A stretch of 32,000 nucleotides of DNA from Moraxella nasovis (GTDB taxonomy: Bacteria > Pseudomonadota > Gammaproteobacteria > Pseudomonadales > Moraxellaceae). Below, one piece after another: positions 30,591 through 32,000 of the stretch. A program made the translations under genes and the position numbers. Below the pieces are notes generated by a model, which was not told the DNA's origin, did not search any database, and worked only from the letters and a program-made list of their open reading frames with translations. Numbering within the stretch: position 1 is the first letter of the stretch; each line of letters opens with the position of its first letter. The stretch lies in assembly GCF_022701215.1 (NCBI RefSeq), contig NZ_CP089976.1:840001-872000 (forward strand). Direction: 5' to 3'.

Positions 30591-30807
30591 AGATTTTTCT
30601 TAAATCTTTTTCCATGCGATAGTAAAGCGAAACAGCAAGCCAAATCACCGCCATAAGAATCGATATCTGTTTTTGTTCAGCATTAAAAAATACATCGCCA
30701 AAAATCATAGTGCCGTACATAGTGCCGTACATATAGAAACAAAAGGGTGACACAGTCAATACGCTAAAAACAATATAAAGCCAGTCGTACCATTTAAGAT
30801 TTTTCAT
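30583..30807 (-). CDS. Small membrane protein (2 TM), hypothetical
   Basis: Hydrophobic segments WLYIVFSVLTVSPFCFYMYG and ISILMAVIWLAVSLYY. ATGA coupling on the upstream side. Confidence 0.55.
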   Translation of the reverse strand: MKNLKWYDWLYIVFSVLTVSPFCFYMYGTMYGTMIFGDVFFNAEQKQISILMAVIWLAVSLYYRMEKDLRKIYE

Positions 30808-30968
30808 TTTGTTTCTCGTCTAAGTTCATAATCTTGTAATAGCTCGTCCCATGTGATAGTGATTAGCTTGCCGTCTTGTTCTATTTGTGCGTACTCAACA
30901 TTGTCATATCTGTAAGCTCTGACAACATCTATAACATCACCTGTCTGTTTGTGATAATACTTAGCCAT
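30804..30968 (-). CDS. 54-aa hypothetical ORF (MAKYYHKQTGDVIDVVRAYRYDNVEYAQIEQDGKLITITWDELLQDYELRRETK)
   Basis: Below the ORF-track cutoff. Coupled at both ends: TAATG with the upstream gene and ATGA with the downstream gene. Confidence 0.5.
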   Translation of the reverse strand: MAKYYHKQTGDVIDVVRAYRYDNVEYAQIEQDGKLITITWDELLQDYELRRETK

Positions 30969-31201
30969 TACACATACTCAAACACGACATTCTCACCATC
31001 AGATAGCCACGGCTTCATCTTGTCTTTTGCGTGCGTGTTTTTAATCCAATCCAACGCATCGTCTTTATCTTTAAAAGCACGCTCGTCGCTGTCATTTGTG
31101 TGCAAATTGTGATAGCAGACGGTTAAGATGTCTTTGCCCTGCTGTATCTTATAAACGTGTGTAGGGCTTGTGATTGTGCTGTCTTTGATAAATAGTTTCA
31201 T
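30968..31201 (-). CDS. Hypothetical early protein (77 aa)
   Basis: Start at the ATG overlapping the rusA stop (ATGA). Confidence 0.55.
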   Translation of the reverse strand: MKLFIKDSTITSPTHVYKIQQGKDILTVCYHNLHTNDSDERAFKDKDDALDWIKNTHAKDKMKPWLSDGENVVFEYV

Positions 31202-31572
31202 GGTAGTTCCCAAATATTTACAGTTACTGCATTTGTTTTTTCAATGCCACGCTCTACAATCAATTTATCAATTTGGCTATCATCTTGATACACGCCTGCG
31301 TGCGTTAAAGCGTCTAATAAGCCTTTCATGCGATTGTCTAAGTCGTTTTTACGCTTATCCTTAAAATTAAGCATAACGTACATTTTTAGGCGTTTGTCGG
31401 TGCGTATGTCTAAACCTGCTTTTTTGACGATTTGATAAACTTCGTGCTTGTATGCTTGGGCTTGCTTTGACAAATAAACTTTGACACCTTTTGCAAAACC
31501 GTTACTTGCAGAACGCCAGTACTGATTGACCGTTGGTGGCATAGGCAAAACCAAACTTGCTAAGTGTTTCAT
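31198..31572 (-). CDS. rusA: Holliday junction resolvase RusA
   Basis: LPMPPTVNQYWR ... DLDNRMKGLLDALTHAGVYQDDSQI is the RusA signature. Confidence 0.88.
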   Translation of the reverse strand: MKHLASLVLPMPPTVNQYWRSASNGFAKGVKVYLSKQAQAYKHEVYQIVKKAGLDIRTDKRLKMYVMLNFKDKRKNDLDNRMKGLLDALTHAGVYQDDSQIDKLIVERGIEKTNAVTVNIWELP

Positions 31573-31880
31573 ACTCTCACCACCGCATAGCTTTCAAAAG
31601 TATTAAATTGCCACTCTTTGTGTTCATCGATGATTTGCTTGCCCATTTGATAGATGACTTGTGAAAGCTCGTCTGCATAGCATTTAAATTCGCATACTTC
31701 ATGAACAGTTTTATCGCAAAGTGTTTTTAAGTAAAAACAGACTTTGAAATTACGCTGTTTTTTAAACGCTTTCTCTTTTTTCTTTTTGAACCTGTGTTGC
31801 CATTCGCCGTGTAGCTCCATGTTAGGTTCATCACTTTGGCTGTTCAAATATAATTTTAGATAGCCTGATAGTAAATTCAT
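31569..31880 (-). CDS. Hypothetical early protein (103 aa; start uncertain)
   Basis: ORF with ATGA coupling to rusA. Confidence 0.5.
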   Translation of the reverse strand: MNLLSGYLKLYLNSQSDEPNMELHGEWQHRFKKKKEKAFKKQRNFKVCFYLKTLCDKTVHEVCEFKCYADELSQVIYQMGKQIIDEHKEWQFNTFESYAVVRV

Positions 31881-32000
31881 GCTACTTTCTTCCCCAGTGT
31901 GCGTTTAATTTTGTCAATGTTCATTTGGGCTTCTTTGCCATCAACGGGCGTGTGCTTTTGTTCGTTTGATGATTGACTGATAGCGGTTGGCATAACGTAA
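31877..32000 (-). CDS. Partial or small ORF (38 aa from the ATG at 31993, or the 3' end of a longer gene running off the window)
   Basis: Frame is open to the window edge. ATGA coupling to the downstream gene. Confidence 0.3.
   Translation of the reverse strand, partial: YVMPTAISQSSNEQKHTPVDGKEAQMNIDKIKRTLGKKVA

Larger units (their letters stand above)
1..32000 (-). mobile_element. Segment of a temperate lambda-like siphovirus / prophage (nin region, Q, packaging, head, neck, tail, fibre and lysis genes), nearly all on the minus strand
   Basis: Contiguous, translationally coupled minus-strand genes in canonical order: terS, terL, portal, scaffold, capsid, neck, tail tube, G/GT, tape measure, M, L, K, I, J. 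RusA, NinB-like and Q genes lie upstream. Confidence 0.93.

Noticed and set aside
30706-30729. 12-bp tandem duplication CATAGTGCCGTA x2
   Set aside because: It is an in-frame duplication giving MYGTMYGT in a small membrane protein. Only two copies are present and there is no sign of function beyond a trivial slippage event.
1-32000. Over-representation of CACGCCTG / CAGGCGTG (about 11 copies) as a DNA uptake sequence or Chi-like motif
   Set aside because: Nearly every copy falls in coding sequence as GCA GGC GTG or xCA GGC GTG (Ala/Ser-Gly-Val with the preferred codons). Codon and dipeptide bias explain it.

Overview
The window is almost entirely a temperate, lambda-like siphovirus (prophage), with its genes on the minus strand and read right to left. 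In that order it carries: a nin-type early region (RusA, NinB-like, DUF3310, two DNA methyltransferases); a Q-type antiterminator; a late-promoter region; TerS/TerL; portal; scaffold; major capsid; neck genes; major tail protein; G/GT chaperones with a clear A_AAA_AAG -1 frameshift site; tape measure; gpM, L, K, I and J homologues; fibre-like genes; a holin-like gene; and an M15 endolysin. The structural genes are ordinary. The unusual content is what is wedged between them on the plus strand. (1) At the left edge, convergent with the endolysin and sharing its terminator, are three 28-nt type I-F CRISPR-repeat look-alikes. They are separated by 20-nt pseudo-spacers that resemble each other, and the Cas6f-type hairpin is preserved by a compensatory change. 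This could be a phage-borne RNA decoy or anti-CRISPR, or a mini-array. (2) Between gpJ and the fibre genes is a moron with a consensus sigma70 promoter. It has a 17-codon hydrophobic ORF that resembles Ibs type I toxins, a convergent antisense promoter and a ribbon-helix-helix gene. (3) A higBA cassette sits between gpK and gpI. (4) A hicAB cassette sits between the late promoter and terS, and the conserved 3' end of hicA is out of frame. Other observations: a consensus promoter plus short structured RNA plus terminator module (PR'/tR'-like, or an sRNA); a secreted Cys-rich miniprotein gene; an acidic-tailed gene between gpM and gpL; a duplicated roughly 105-aa module in gpJ; two paralogous membrane mini-ORFs; and an in-frame 9-bp repeat in a methyltransferase. 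No rRNA or tRNA was seen. All functional calls rest on motif recognition by eye, because no database search was possible.
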